From the IMG/VR virus record IMGVR_UViG_2799113057_000001: a stretch of 64,000 bases of DNA; one strand, given 5' to 3'. The stretch is from a virus. Lineage: Duplodnaviria; Heunggongvirae; Uroviricota; Caudoviricetes. The notes under the pieces are model-generated. The model was not told the origin of the DNA and did not search any database. It saw only the letters and a program-made list of their open reading frames with translations. The position numbers and the translations under genes are program-made. Below are positions 8,701 through 17,590 of the stretch, in pieces; position 1 is the stretch's first letter, and each line of letters begins with the position of its first letter.

Positions 8701-10066
8701 GGATGACCGCGCTGTGCGTGCGCAGCTGCTGCGCCCGATCCTCGATAAGGGTGCAGCTGTGGGTGTGCACCTGGTGTACACCGCGGACTCGGGAGGGTCG
8801 GGTAACGCGGGCAACGTGACTCACTACACCGCGGAGGTCAACGGCGGTGTTCAGCTGCCGTCGACGGACTACGCCGGGGCCAAGGTTTCTTCCGAAGTGC
8901 GCTTCACCCTGAGCGAGCGCATTCCGGTGGATCAGCCTGGTCGGTCTTTGGACCCGCTGACACTGCTGCAGTGCCGCACCGCTGTTCCGATCTTCCGGGA
9001 GATCGAAGAGGACGGTTATGTCAAGGGTATGAAGGATTTCAAGATCCACGATCATGGTGAAGAGATTCGGAACCTGTGCCTGCATCTATCAGCTGAACTG
9101 GCCGAGCAGCGCGTGGTCAGGGTGCTGCCTGCAGACCCGGTGATCGACTACGAGCAGGTGTGGTCTGCCTTCGCCCCGCTCAGCGACAAGGACCGCCACC
9201 CTGTGAACACGATCATCCCGCTGGGCGTGCGGATGGACACCTTGTCCTTGGCTCCGGTTCCGAACTTCTCGCAGAACTTGTTGGTCTACAGCGAGAAGGG
9301 CGCCGGCAAGACCAACTTGCTGCGCAGCGTCATGGAGTCGGTGATGCGTCAATTCACTCCGAAGGACGCGATCATCATTGTGATCGATCCGTTGCGGCAG
9401 CACCTTGGAGAACGAGATCGTCTGTACGCGCGAGGATTCGTCAAGCCCGCCAAGTTCGGGGAAGTGGAGCGTGACGGAGCGATGGTTCGCGAGCGGATAC
9501 GTCCACCGGGATATGTCACTAGCGCCGAGGACATCGCTGACACAGCGGAGATGTTGGTCAAGCTGATGGGGTCGCGCCGTCCCACCGATGATGCGACCGC
9601 CGAGCAACTGAGCTCGCGGACGTTCTTCACCGGACCCGAGGTGTACGTGTTTGTCGACAACTTCGCCAACATGTCCAAGGGGCACTCGGCCAAGTCGGTG
9701 TTCGATGAGGTGCGATACGGCGGCGTGAGCATCAGTGAACTGCTCGCTACCGGAACGGACCTCGGCGTGCACTTCATCGTCTCGGACAGCAGCAGCGGGT
9801 TCGTGGGCAGGGTGAAGTCATCTGAGTTCCTGGTGGCGTTGCGCGAGAACATGATGGCGCCAATCCTGCAGCTGGCCAGCCCGCCGTCGTCCGGCGATCC
9901 CATCGGTCAGGCGTATCACCTCAAGCCGATGCGCTGGCGTGCCGGACAGGGGCGGATCATCGTCGACGCCGACGACTACGTGATGGTGCAGACCGCACGA
10001 ATCGACGTCGACGCGGTGGCCCGGCGATCGCAGCAAGAGCAGCAGGTGCTTCGGCAGTCGGCATAG
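5789..10066 (+). CDS. eccC: EccC-like FtsK/SpoIIIE-family type VII secretion ATPase (3 ATPase domains)
   Basis: 1425 aa. Two N-terminal TM helices. Three P-loops (GRTGSGKS, GAGKSGRTT, SEKGAGKTN) with FtsK-like Walker B regions. Confidence 0.9.
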   Translation: MFTVFRAPPRESVQLLPTGVLIKEPLGLPAPDKRPIWLRAMPLIMVAAMIGMVVMSLVTGQRAIVTMLSSMPLMLMMPLMYAMQMRNQGSSGGDIDQEIEEYDLELRERRFEIYDQGRAMHDLRTMCFPHPADLLSLVGTHEMWQADRNLDIGRVVAPADESDPDVKNLTSNPYLRARVGIGVAPLYPKLIQADDVVPEMQEPATMVRYDRAINTLSVVANLPIDVRLNEFPAYAMRGDEEGRLGLVRAMLMSLAFNHRPSDLNIGVVTNDPKTWEWVKWLPHTEDVTRVEKGLGARLLTWRSLDEFAAMHAAQIERMRNEDSDDRPPHLLLIIDLPDAMVSWPANISGGVNGMTWFVVRYGQDLVTDPVKMKSRILLKDGRVSTVDDYDAAAADSVTIAQAEVFARAMYKWRPRNYGVDGAVVDDRPDHIPDFFEVLEIGDIETHDLIEVWKRNAYTDEIKVPFGYYRKGDELTSELTYLNFYEENRDGNGPHGAVAGRTGSGKSYFLRAIVLALIAMYGPDKVALILADFKGGATFLGMDGLPHVVASISNLENTMELVDRLGAVINGEVNRREEFITTEKGCKDIFDYREQQKKHPNDPSWPPLPDLIVIIDEFGEFLKERPGYLDLLIRVGRVGRSLGMHLVMCSQFINKDVIGDLFEHLSFRYSLSVNSASYSIAMLGTDDAATMVGKKGGLKGKILRKFTTDAAPVEVAAFHHEAPYIRRTVTERARSRADGSGVVAEPVVPFTLFTTRGFTPEVEEDTVEVTEEQFGEKMADVLLEKASRLSDMRTLDLWKPSLREPLSLPTLNLTREVKGLKIRVGDLDAPEKHTRLPWFMDFGGNIPHQVIAGAGKSGRTTLLQTLVVCGCIQHGPERLAFMLADYGTGKLGEVKDSPNVAAYARPEDDETTARILGEASRLIEVRRREMVDRQAASVDAYLASKANTPVADDPYGYVIVAIDGIGGFLGEKDDRAVRAQLLRPILDKGAAVGVHLVYTADSGGSGNAGNVTHYTAEVNGGVQLPSTDYAGAKVSSEVRFTLSERIPVDQPGRSLDPLTLLQCRTAVPIFREIEEDGYVKGMKDFKIHDHGEEIRNLCLHLSAELAEQRVVRVLPADPVIDYEQVWSAFAPLSDKDRHPVNTIIPLGVRMDTLSLAPVPNFSQNLLVYSEKGAGKTNLLRSVMESVMRQFTPKDAIIIVIDPLRQHLGERDRLYARGFVKPAKFGEVERDGAMVRERIRPPGYVTSAEDIADTAEMLVKLMGSRRPTDDATAEQLSSRTFFTGPEVYVFVDNFANMSKGHSAKSVFDEVRYGGVSISELLATGTDLGVHFIVSDSSSGFVGRVKSSEFLVALRENMMAPILQLASPPSSGDPIGQAYHLKPMRWRAGQGRIIVDADDYVMVQTARIDVDAVARRSQQEQQVLRQSA

Positions 10067-10077
10067 CGCCTTCGTCA

Positions 10078-10134
10078 AACGACGCAGCGCCCCGGGAAAT
10101 CTCCTCACAAAAGGAGCCGGGGCGCTGCGTCGTT
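10078..10134. terminator. Bidirectional stem-loop between convergent eccC and lipoprotein genes
   Basis: 18-bp perfect inverted repeat AACGACGCAGCGCCCCGG/CCGGGGCGCTGCGTCGTT with a nested mini-hairpin in the loop. Confidence 0.5.
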
Positions 10135-10143
10135 CGGATCCGT

Positions 10144-10887
10144 CTACGGAACCGCAACGGTGAAAGGCTCGGCCCTGTCGGCTCTGAGGGTCAGTGATCC
10201 TTCGCCGACTGTGACGATTACCTGCAGAAGGGGATACGGGTCCACTGGAGCCAACCATACGGCCACCGGAAACTCTGTAGCCGCTCCCAGCGAGGACCGC
10301 GGCACCAGCACGCGGGCTGCTGCTGCGGACAAAGTCCCAGCGACTTTCACAGCCTCGTCCGGACCGGCGTGTGCCTTGGGATCGACAATTACAGGAGATG
10401 CCACGGCGGCGAGCACACTGGCGATTCCGTGTTGTGGGTCCAAGAGGGCTGCGGGGTTCAGAGTGCCCTGCGCCGGCCCGGTATCGACGAATGTGCCGTT
10501 GGCGTCCTGGATCCACAAATCCGCCTCTACAGTCTGGAACTGCGTCTGGCTGTAGTCTCCGTTGATCTTCAGCGTGGCGTTTCCCCGCGCTGCAACGGTC
10601 GGGGTGAGGGTCACGTCAGCGGCGTAGGCCTTCGCCAGCAGATCTGTAACTCCAGTACTGGAGAACATCAGGTGTGCGGACCGCATCGCCCGGGCTGTTG
10701 CTATCGCAGCATTCATCAATTGGTTCACATCAAGGTGGGTTTCGGCTCCTGCCGTCGCGGAAACATAAGCGCTGGCCGCCGTGTTCTCGCTGGGCCCCTG
10801 CTGTTGGCATCCGACGGCCAGGAGCGCGACGGCGGCGCTCAACCCGACAGCGGCTAAACGCGTAAGTGTGATTGTCATGGCGGGCAC
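10144..10887 (-). CDS. secreted lipoprotein (possibly LppX/LprAFG-like fold)
   Basis: Signal peptide plus lipobox LLAVGC, about 230 aa. Confidence 0.55.
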   Translation of the reverse strand: MPAMTITLTRLAAVGLSAAVALLAVGCQQQGPSENTAASAYVSATAGAETHLDVNQLMNAAIATARAMRSAHLMFSSTGVTDLLAKAYAADVTLTPTVAARGNATLKINGDYSQTQFQTVEADLWIQDANGTFVDTGPAQGTLNPAALLDPQHGIASVLAAVASPVIVDPKAHAGPDEAVKVAGTLSAAAARVLVPRSSLGAATEFPVAVWLAPVDPYPLLQVIVTVGEGSLTLRADRAEPFTVAVP

Positions 10888-10934
10888 CGTAGATCCCGGT
10901 CAATGAGGCCGAAGGGTCCGGCACGTCGAGCCGT

Positions 10935-11708
10935 TCAGCAGGCGCCGTAGAACTGCTGCATGGTGGCTTTCTCGGCAGCCGTCACTGTCAGCCGGTACTT
11001 GTTCTTCACCATCACTTGGCGCTTGACGTACGTGCAGTCGAAAGCTGTGTTCTCCGGCAGCCACTGATCGGCCGATTTCTCGCCCTTGCTCTCGTTTGAA
11101 GATCCGTTGACGGCAAGCAGATTCAGTGGATCGTTCGCGATCTTCTTGAGTTCGGACAAGTCCCAGGTCGCTGCGCCGGAGACCCAAACGTTCGCCAAAC
11201 TCACCAGATGATCGATCTGTACCAGTGCGGATGTCTTCTTGCCGTAGACGAATGAAATGACCTGTCCGGTGTACGGGTCGGCAAGTGTTCCGGACATGAC
11301 TTTGCATGAGCCGGAAAGGGTTATGCCGGTGAGGTCGCGCTGCAAAATATCGTCCCGGGTACTGCAGCCGTTGTGCCCACCTTCGATGTCGACGTCATCT
11401 GTCCACGGTTGTCCGAATCGTGCTCGGGCGTATCCATTTTTGGATCCGGGCGCAGCGACGGTCAGTGTCGATGGATCAGGACTGGGAGTTCCGGTACCGC
11501 TTATCGTCGATGCGCTCGGTGGCGCTCCTTCATCGCGTTGTTCCTGGCCGGTGATTTTGCTGAGCTCCGACGATATCCGGTTGTCCTTGCCGAACAAGGT
11601 GCCGTTCACGATCAGCACCACAATGACCGCCACGGCGGCCAGCGCGAATAGCTGTAGGAGCTGACTCAGCAGCTTGTCGTTTTCGGGTGGAGATTTCAGC
11701 GAGCTCAT
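10935..11708 (-). CDS. membrane-anchored DUF1524/GmrSD-C-like HNH nuclease
   Basis: N-terminal TM anchor. Motifs GHNGCSTRDDILQRDL and QIDHLVSLANVW match the DUF1524 HNH-like family. Confidence 0.55.
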   Translation of the reverse strand: MSSLKSPPENDKLLSQLLQLFALAAVAVIVVLIVNGTLFGKDNRISSELSKITGQEQRDEGAPPSASTISGTGTPSPDPSTLTVAAPGSKNGYARARFGQPWTDDVDIEGGHNGCSTRDDILQRDLTGITLSGSCKVMSGTLADPYTGQVISFVYGKKTSALVQIDHLVSLANVWVSGAATWDLSELKKIANDPLNLLAVNGSSNESKGEKSADQWLPENTAFDCTYVKRQVMVKNKYRLTVTAAEKATMQQFYGAC

Positions 11709-12326
11709 GGTGGCGCAGTGTGCGGCGGAACCCGGAAACGGATCGCACGCGACACGACAGTGGCCGCGTCGCTATCCATGTCATGTCCCCGATTCATGGT
11801 CTTCGTGCGCCGGGCCGCAGCCGGGAGGTTTCGTATCGTCGCATTGAGCACGCAGCTGAGCGATGTAAAGACGGGGCGGACATCTGAGCGGCGCCCCTGC
11901 AGAAACGCGAAACTCCTTTCAGCCGTGCCGGTTTAGTGCGTATCGCAACATTGACTGCGTCTTTGATCCAGGTTTTGACAGGGCTTCTGAGCGAAGCGCT
12001 GATCGACTAGCTGAGCGCAGGTGTGAGCGTGACATTGAGCGAATCCGGGGAAGCGCCAGTTTGTGCGTACGCACGCGCGTTGGAGACACATACAACGCCC
12101 GAATCCGTACTGGATCTGACGTGCTGTTGAAACTGTCAGTGCGGGCGATTGATAGAGGCACATTGAGCGATGCGTGATCGCGGATGTGCTCTCGGTCATT
12201 TTCCGAGGACGCGCCGCTGTGTGGCTCGCCGGTCGATCAGTCCTAGATTGCGGCTCGCTTCATCACTGGCCAGTACATCGTGTGGATCTCCAGGCGCTGT
12301 TCGATCAAGGGAAAGGGCGACGGGAC

Positions 12327-13118
12327 ATGACCGTTGTTATCGACAACCAGCTTTTCGTTCAAGGGCTCTCGGCGGCCAAGGTAATGGCGTACGCAGGCAA
12401 CGATGACCCCACGCATGCCGCCGTCGTACTGGGCTCCACGCGAGTCGAGACCGGCGAAGTCGGGACGCAGAACAGTTTGGCGTTCATCTCCTCGGACGGG
12501 AACAGTCCGGGGCAGGCGATCTTCGGCTGTGACGGAACGCTGCCTCTGGTGAAGTTCTCGACCGATCAGGCTTCCCAGTTGCTGTCGGCAGCCAAGAATG
12601 CGGCGTCGGCCGTCAAGAAGGTCGACAAGGAATCCCAGTGTGATGTCGAGTTGTCGGTCGTCGACAACGGCTCCACGCTACTCATGCGCACACTCACCGA
12701 CGGAGCCCCGGGAGAAGCCGACTCGCGGCACTACATCCCGTTGCAAGACGTCGACGACTTCCCGATCGCATCGACGATCTCTCGACTGTCGGCCCGCGGC
12801 GCCAAGGAAATTCTGAGCACGCGCGGTCTTGGTGACGACCAGACGACGGCACCGCTGAAGGTCGGCAAGGTTCAGGCGTTCGGCTCGGACGTGATCAAGA
12901 AGATGAGCGCCATCGCCGCGGTGTTCAAGGAACCTGTCGAGCTTTACACCCGTGAGCATCCCGCATCGATCGTCACGCTCACATGCGCCGGCGTCTTTCG
13001 AGCCGTGCTGTCGGCACACACCTACCACCCGGATCTGGACGTTGATGATCCGGAAGTGCCCGTCGCCGTTTCGCTCGGAGGAGACGAGGATGACGACGAG
13101 GGCCACGATGCCGCATGA
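12327..13118 (+). CDS. hypothetical protein
   Basis: Internal ATG with the upstream purine-rich stretch GGGAAAGGGCGACGGG. Acidic C-terminal tail. Confidence 0.45.
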   Translation: MTVVIDNQLFVQGLSAAKVMAYAGNDDPTHAAVVLGSTRVETGEVGTQNSLAFISSDGNSPGQAIFGCDGTLPLVKFSTDQASQLLSAAKNAASAVKKVDKESQCDVELSVVDNGSTLLMRTLTDGAPGEADSRHYIPLQDVDDFPIASTISRLSARGAKEILSTRGLGDDQTTAPLKVGKVQAFGSDVIKKMSAIAAVFKEPVELYTREHPASIVTLTCAGVFRAVLSAHTYHPDLDVDDPEVPVAVSLGGDEDDDEGHDAA

Positions 13119-13164
13119 TCAGGGTTGAATGTGTCGTCACGCCCCCAGGTCGAAGGAGGATCAG

Positions 13165-13611
13165 GTGAGCTTCACTGTTGAGACCGGCGACCTGTTCGTC
13201 CACCCCGCGGAGGCACTAGCTCATGGAGTGAACTGCCAAGGTGTCGCGGGGGCGGGTGTGGCCGCGATCATGAAACAGCGCTATCCAAACGCGATCTATC
13301 AGTACGAGGTGATCGCGCGGCGCGGCGACCTGCCGGCGGGCGGCGCCATGATCTGCTCCGGTGGCCCGGGCGACCGACCCATCATCCACTGCGCCAGCCA
13401 GTACTACCCAGGCCCCGACGCCCGCGAGGAGTGGGTGCGATCGTCGGTGGCCGTGGGCCTGAGTCTCGCCGTCGAGCACGGGATCGGTTCTGTCGCGCTC
13501 CCACTGATCGGCGGTGGTATCGGCGGACTCGATCCAGCAGTGGCCGAGCAGATTATTCGGGAAGTCGCAGAGGCTTCGCCGGTCGCTGTGACGCTGGTTC
13601 TGTTCGGCTGA
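13165..13611 (+). CDS. Macro domain protein (ADP-ribose binding/processing)
   Basis: Motifs HGVNCQGVAGAGVAAI, IHCASQYYPG and ALPLIGGGIGGL. GTG start after the RBS GAAGGAGGA. Confidence 0.75.
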   Translation: MSFTVETGDLFVHPAEALAHGVNCQGVAGAGVAAIMKQRYPNAIYQYEVIARRGDLPAGGAMICSGGPGDRPIIHCASQYYPGPDAREEWVRSSVAVGLSLAVEHGIGSVALPLIGGGIGGLDPAVAEQIIREVAEASPVAVTLVLFG

Positions 13612-13620
13612 ACACCTGAG

Positions 13621-13663
13621 CCCTACACCACTTACGTACAAAATGTACGAAAGTGGTGTAGGG
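13621..13663. other. Perfect 13-bp stem hairpin with a palindromic loop, 8 nt upstream of the next start codon
   Basis: CCCTACACCACTT-(ACGTACAAAATGTACGA)-AAGTGGTGTAGGG. Confidence 0.45.
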
Positions 13664-13671
13664 TCTCTGGT

Positions 13672-14559
13672 ATGACGAACGACTACGAGTTCTTCGCCTA
13701 TGACGGGGGACAGCTCACAGCAGCTGCGATAGAGATATTCGCCTACCCGATGGGTGATCTGACGGTGCGCTCCGTCGATGGGGCAGATCTCGTCCCGGGT
13801 GTGCAGGTGCTCTGGGTGCACACCGCGGCGCCGGACTGGACCGTCGTGTTCAACTGGGCAGCTCTGACAGCGGCGTACCCGCACCGAATCTTGGTGATGC
13901 CGTTCCTGCCCAGCGCCCGCGGCGACAAAGACACGCCCTGCCCGGCGCACACCAACGCGCGCTTGGCCGCGCTATCAGGAATCACCGGCATCATCACCAT
14001 CGACCCGCACTCGCCGGTGTGGCTGGACACGCTGCGCGCGGTCAACCCCACGGTCGCAGTACATGTCATCGACATGTCCGACGTGGTGGCTGCGGCGGTT
14101 GACGCTGGCGACTACCTCGGGGTGATCGGTCCGGATGCCGGCTCGCTGCGGCGCGCGAGCACAGTCGCCGCGCAGCTAGAGCTGCCGGTGTCGGTGGCCG
14201 ACAAGAAGCGCGATCGCGCCACCGGACAACTTCTGGGCTACAACGCCCCCGCTGAGGTGAAGGATCGACCGGGCCGGTACTTGGTGGTCGATGACATCTG
14301 CGACGGCGGTGGAACGTTCGCGCTGCTGGCTCAGGGGCTGGGTGCCGGCTTCGAGCTTGATCTGTGGATCACCCACGGCGGGTTCACCAAGGGCACCGAC
14401 GTCTTGATTGACAACTACCGGAGCATCCACACCACCGACTCGTTGCGCTCGGCAGTAGCGGCCGCTGTGACATCACCTGAGGGCGCGGCGGTACAGATCC
14501 ACCCACTTGGCCGCTACGTGCTCGACGGCCTGCACAACATCAGCGAGGAACCGAAATGA
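13672..14559 (+). CDS. Ribose-phosphate pyrophosphokinase (Prs)-like enzyme; candidate ADP-ribose pyrophosphokinase (Adps-like)
   Basis: PRPP-binding motif [13 protein letters not shown] and a Prs-like [10 protein letters not shown] region. Confidence 0.75.
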   Translation: MTNDYEFFAYDGGQLTAAAIEIFAYPMGDLTVRSVDGADLVPGVQVLWVHTAAPDWTVVFNWAALTAAYPHRILVMPFLPSARGDKDTPCPAHTNARLAALSGITGIITIDPHSPVWLDTLRAVNPTVAVHVIDMSDVVAAAVDAGDYLGVIGPDAGSLRRASTVAAQLELPVSVADKKRDRATGQLLGYNAPAEVKDRPGRYLVVDDICDGGGTFALLAQGLGAGFELDLWITHGGFTKGTDVLIDNYRSIHTTDSLRSAVAAAVTSPEGAAVQIHPLGRYVLDGLHNISEEPK

Positions 14560-14966
14560 CTCAGAATTTTTCTGCCATCGAATGGCCGACCAACGGCACT
14601 CTGCTTGAGCGACAAGCCATCTTCATCTATGAGGCCGCGCGGCTACAGGCCGCCGCAGTGAACGCACCCGTCGTACCGGAGCCATGGTCGGCGCGCGAGG
14701 AGCATTTCCGGGCGCAGTTCCTGGAAATCACCGAGAAGATGATGGGCCCCGACCGGTATACGACGCCTGAACAGGCCCACGACAGCTGGTGGCGCGCGTA
14801 CGAGCAGTTGGGGTGGACATACGGCCCCGTGCGCGATGTAGCCGCGATGACACATCCGGACATGGTCCCGTTCAACGAACTCGGCTGGGAAGAACGTGTG
14901 AAAGACGCCGTGTGGATCGCGCTATGCGAGATCGCCCGTCAATGGATCGCGGAGGACGAGCGATGA
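14556..14966 (+). CDS. RyR (ryanodine-receptor) domain protein
   Basis: Matches the RyR domain core (GWTYGPVRD...[18 protein letters not shown]). ATGA coupling on both sides. Confidence 0.55.
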   Translation: MTQNFSAIEWPTNGTLLERQAIFIYEAARLQAAAVNAPVVPEPWSAREEHFRAQFLEITEKMMGPDRYTTPEQAHDSWWRAYEQLGWTYGPVRDVAAMTHPDMVPFNELGWEERVKDAVWIALCEIARQWIAEDER

Positions 14967-16537
14967 ACACACAGGCCACGACTGCCGACAACACCAACAC
15001 CCCGGGGGAACCGATGAAGGACAATCAGAACCGTGCGCTGGACACTCTGCTAGCCACCGATGCCTACAAGCTCGACCACCGGCGCCAGTACCCGGACGGC
15101 ACCGAGTTCGTGTACTCCAACCTCACCGCGCGCGGCACGCGGGTGCCAGGTATTAATGCGACGGTGTTCTTCGGTCTGCAGGCATATCTGCAGCGGCTGA
15201 TCGAAGACTGGCAGGTGTTCTTCGACCTGTCCGCCGACGAACTCGAACCGGTGCTGGCCGGATATGAGCGGTTTGTTACCGCGCTTTTGGGACCGAACAC
15301 GGTTGGCGTTCAGCACTTCCGCGACCTACACACGTTGGGCTACCTGCCACTGCGTGTGCGGGCGGTGCGGGAAGGATCGCTAGTACCTTTGCGGGTTCCG
15401 TATCTAACCGTGGAGAACACCGATCCCCGGTTCTTCTGGCTGACCAACTACTTCGAGACGCAGTTGTCGGCTGAGCTGTGGCAGCCGATCACCAGTGCCA
15501 CCATCGCCTGGAACAACCGCAAGCTGCTCGACGAGCGCGCTGCTGAGTCTGGCGATGAAGCCGCGGTGCAGTTCCAGGGCCATGACTTCTCCTACCGGGG
15601 CATGGCTGGAGACGCAGCGGCGGCCGCATCAGGTGCGGGCCACCTGATCAGCTTCACGGGCACCGACGGATTGCCCGCGATCCGGTTCATCGAACGGTTC
15701 TATCCCGGCAACGGCGACGCCTTGATCGGCGCATCAGTTCCGGCGACCGAGCACTCGGTGATGTGCGCCGGCGGACAAGACGGCGAGCTGGCGACCTTTG
15801 ATCGGCTGCTGAGCCTGTATCCCGAAGGAATCCTGTCGGTCGTTTCGGACACCTGGGATCTGTGGCGCGTACTCACCGAGTACCTGCCCGCGCGCAAGGA
15901 ACAGATCATAGCCCGCGACGGAAAGCTGGTGATCCGCCCCGACAGTGGCGATCCCGAGTTGATCCTGTGCGGAGATCCAGCTGCGCCCGAAGGCAGTCCG
16001 GCTCGCAAGGGCGTGGTGAATCTGCTGGCCGAGACGTTCGGCACCATCACCAACGCCAAGGGCTACCGCGAACTGAACCCGCATGTCGGTGCGATCTATG
16101 GGGACTCGATCACCTTTGAGCGAGCCGACGCGATCACACGGAACCTGATGGCGCAGGGGTACGCCTCCACCGCTGTGGTTTTCGGGTTCGGTTCCTACAC
16201 CTACCAGTACCAAACACGCGACGTTTTCAAGCTGGCCGTCAAGGCGACATGGGTTCAGATCGACGGTGTCGGCCGGGACATCCTCAAAGACCCGGTCACC
16301 GATGACGGATCTAAGAAGTCGGCTACCGGACGATTGGCGGTGCGACGCGCGATGAGTGGCGAGCCGTACTTGATCGAGCATGCCGATGCCGATCAGGAAG
16401 CCGACAACGAATTGAAGCTGGTGTTCGAGGACGGAAAGCTGTTGCGGCAATACAGCTTCACCGAAGTGCGCGAAACGTTGACCCGTGAGACCGGTGTCTA
16501 TCAGCGTTACAGCCGCGCGAGGAGGCAGCAGTCATGA
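14963..16537 (+). CDS. Nicotinamide phosphoribosyltransferase-like enzyme (NAMPT/NadV/Namat family)
   Basis: N-terminal [16 protein letters not shown] matches the NAMPT signature. About 524 aa. Confidence 0.85.
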   Translation: MNTQATTADNTNTPGEPMKDNQNRALDTLLATDAYKLDHRRQYPDGTEFVYSNLTARGTRVPGINATVFFGLQAYLQRLIEDWQVFFDLSADELEPVLAGYERFVTALLGPNTVGVQHFRDLHTLGYLPLRVRAVREGSLVPLRVPYLTVENTDPRFFWLTNYFETQLSAELWQPITSATIAWNNRKLLDERAAESGDEAAVQFQGHDFSYRGMAGDAAAAASGAGHLISFTGTDGLPAIRFIERFYPGNGDALIGASVPATEHSVMCAGGQDGELATFDRLLSLYPEGILSVVSDTWDLWRVLTEYLPARKEQIIARDGKLVIRPDSGDPELILCGDPAAPEGSPARKGVVNLLAETFGTITNAKGYRELNPHVGAIYGDSITFERADAITRNLMAQGYASTAVVFGFGSYTYQYQTRDVFKLAVKATWVQIDGVGRDILKDPVTDDGSKKSATGRLAVRRAMSGEPYLIEHADADQEADNELKLVFEDGKLLRQYSFTEVRETLTRETGVYQRYSRARRQQS

Positions 16538-17187
16538 GATCGATGACCGAATCGAACCTGGCCGTGAGCCCCGACGATCATCCGGTGCACGGTACTTGGC
16601 TCAGCGTGGATGTCGTTGCCCTCACCGATGACCCCGAGCCGAAGATCGTGTTGATCGAACGCGCCGGTGCACCGCACAAAGGCGAAATCACCTTGCCTGG
16701 TGGGCTGCTGGCCGCCTGGGAGGGGGAGACCGTCGAGCAGTGCGCGCAGCGCATCGTGCGGAACAAAGCCGGCACTGAGTTGACCGGCGGCATCGCTGTC
16801 GTCGACGTCGTCAGCGACCCGGGGCGCGACGAACGCGGGCACACCGTATCGATCGTCGTGGTGGCCCGTGTCCCCGCTGAGGTCAGGGGCGCTGTGCCAG
16901 TGACCCAGATACCGGAGGCAATGCCATTCGGCCACACGGGGATCGCAAGGTCGGCCATCTTACGCCTGGGGGAGCGCCTGCTGGTCGACCCGGACACCAC
17001 ACACGCCATGCTCGGCGACGAGACCACACTCGCCCAAGTTCGCGCGTTGCTCGGTGTCTGCGGCCCGACAACCGCGGGCGCAGCCCGCAAGCGCCTGGAC
17101 CGCTCACCGCTATACCGCCGAACCGAGGAGCTGCGTAAGCCAGCGCCAACCGGCCGGCCAGGGCACGTATACCGATTCCTGGTGTAG
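16534..17187 (+). CDS. NUDIX hydrolase
   Basis: Nudix box GX5EX7REUXEEXGU (LPGGLLAAWEGETVEQCAQRIVRNKAGTEL). Confidence 0.8.
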   Translation: MRSMTESNLAVSPDDHPVHGTWLSVDVVALTDDPEPKIVLIERAGAPHKGEITLPGGLLAAWEGETVEQCAQRIVRNKAGTELTGGIAVVDVVSDPGRDERGHTVSIVVVARVPAEVRGAVPVTQIPEAMPFGHTGIARSAILRLGERLLVDPDTTHAMLGDETTLAQVRALLGVCGPTTAGAARKRLDRSPLYRRTEELRKPAPTGRPGHVYRFLV

Positions 17188-17590
17188 GTGCCGCGCCGGG
17201 CAAGGCTACGGTCGCCGATGCGCATAGACGGCGCACGTGTCACCTGCGACCAAACCGCAACGGCTGCAGAAGCTTCACCAGTTGTATGAGCTGACTTTGT
17301 CTGATCCTGAAACGGCGCACAGCCAGGCCGATGACCACCGCGTGCGTTACGTCAACGACCCCTACATCACAGCGGTCTTCGCGCGGTCTAAGGGGCATTA
17401 CTGAAGCCGCGACACGCCGAGAAAACCGGCATTTGCCGTCTCAGTTGCTTGTCGGTCATGGGGTGTAAATAGTTAGGCAGTCGGCACGGATGCATGCATC
17501 TTCGACAGGTAGGGAAGCCCGTCGACGATGCATCCACACCGGCATAGATCAGCAACAGCAACTCAACAGCACCAGAAAAGAGGCACTACC

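Noticed and set aside
13216-13950. 244-aa minus-strand ORF across the Macro/Prs genes
   Set aside because: Antisense to two well-supported domain-containing genes. Arg-rich.
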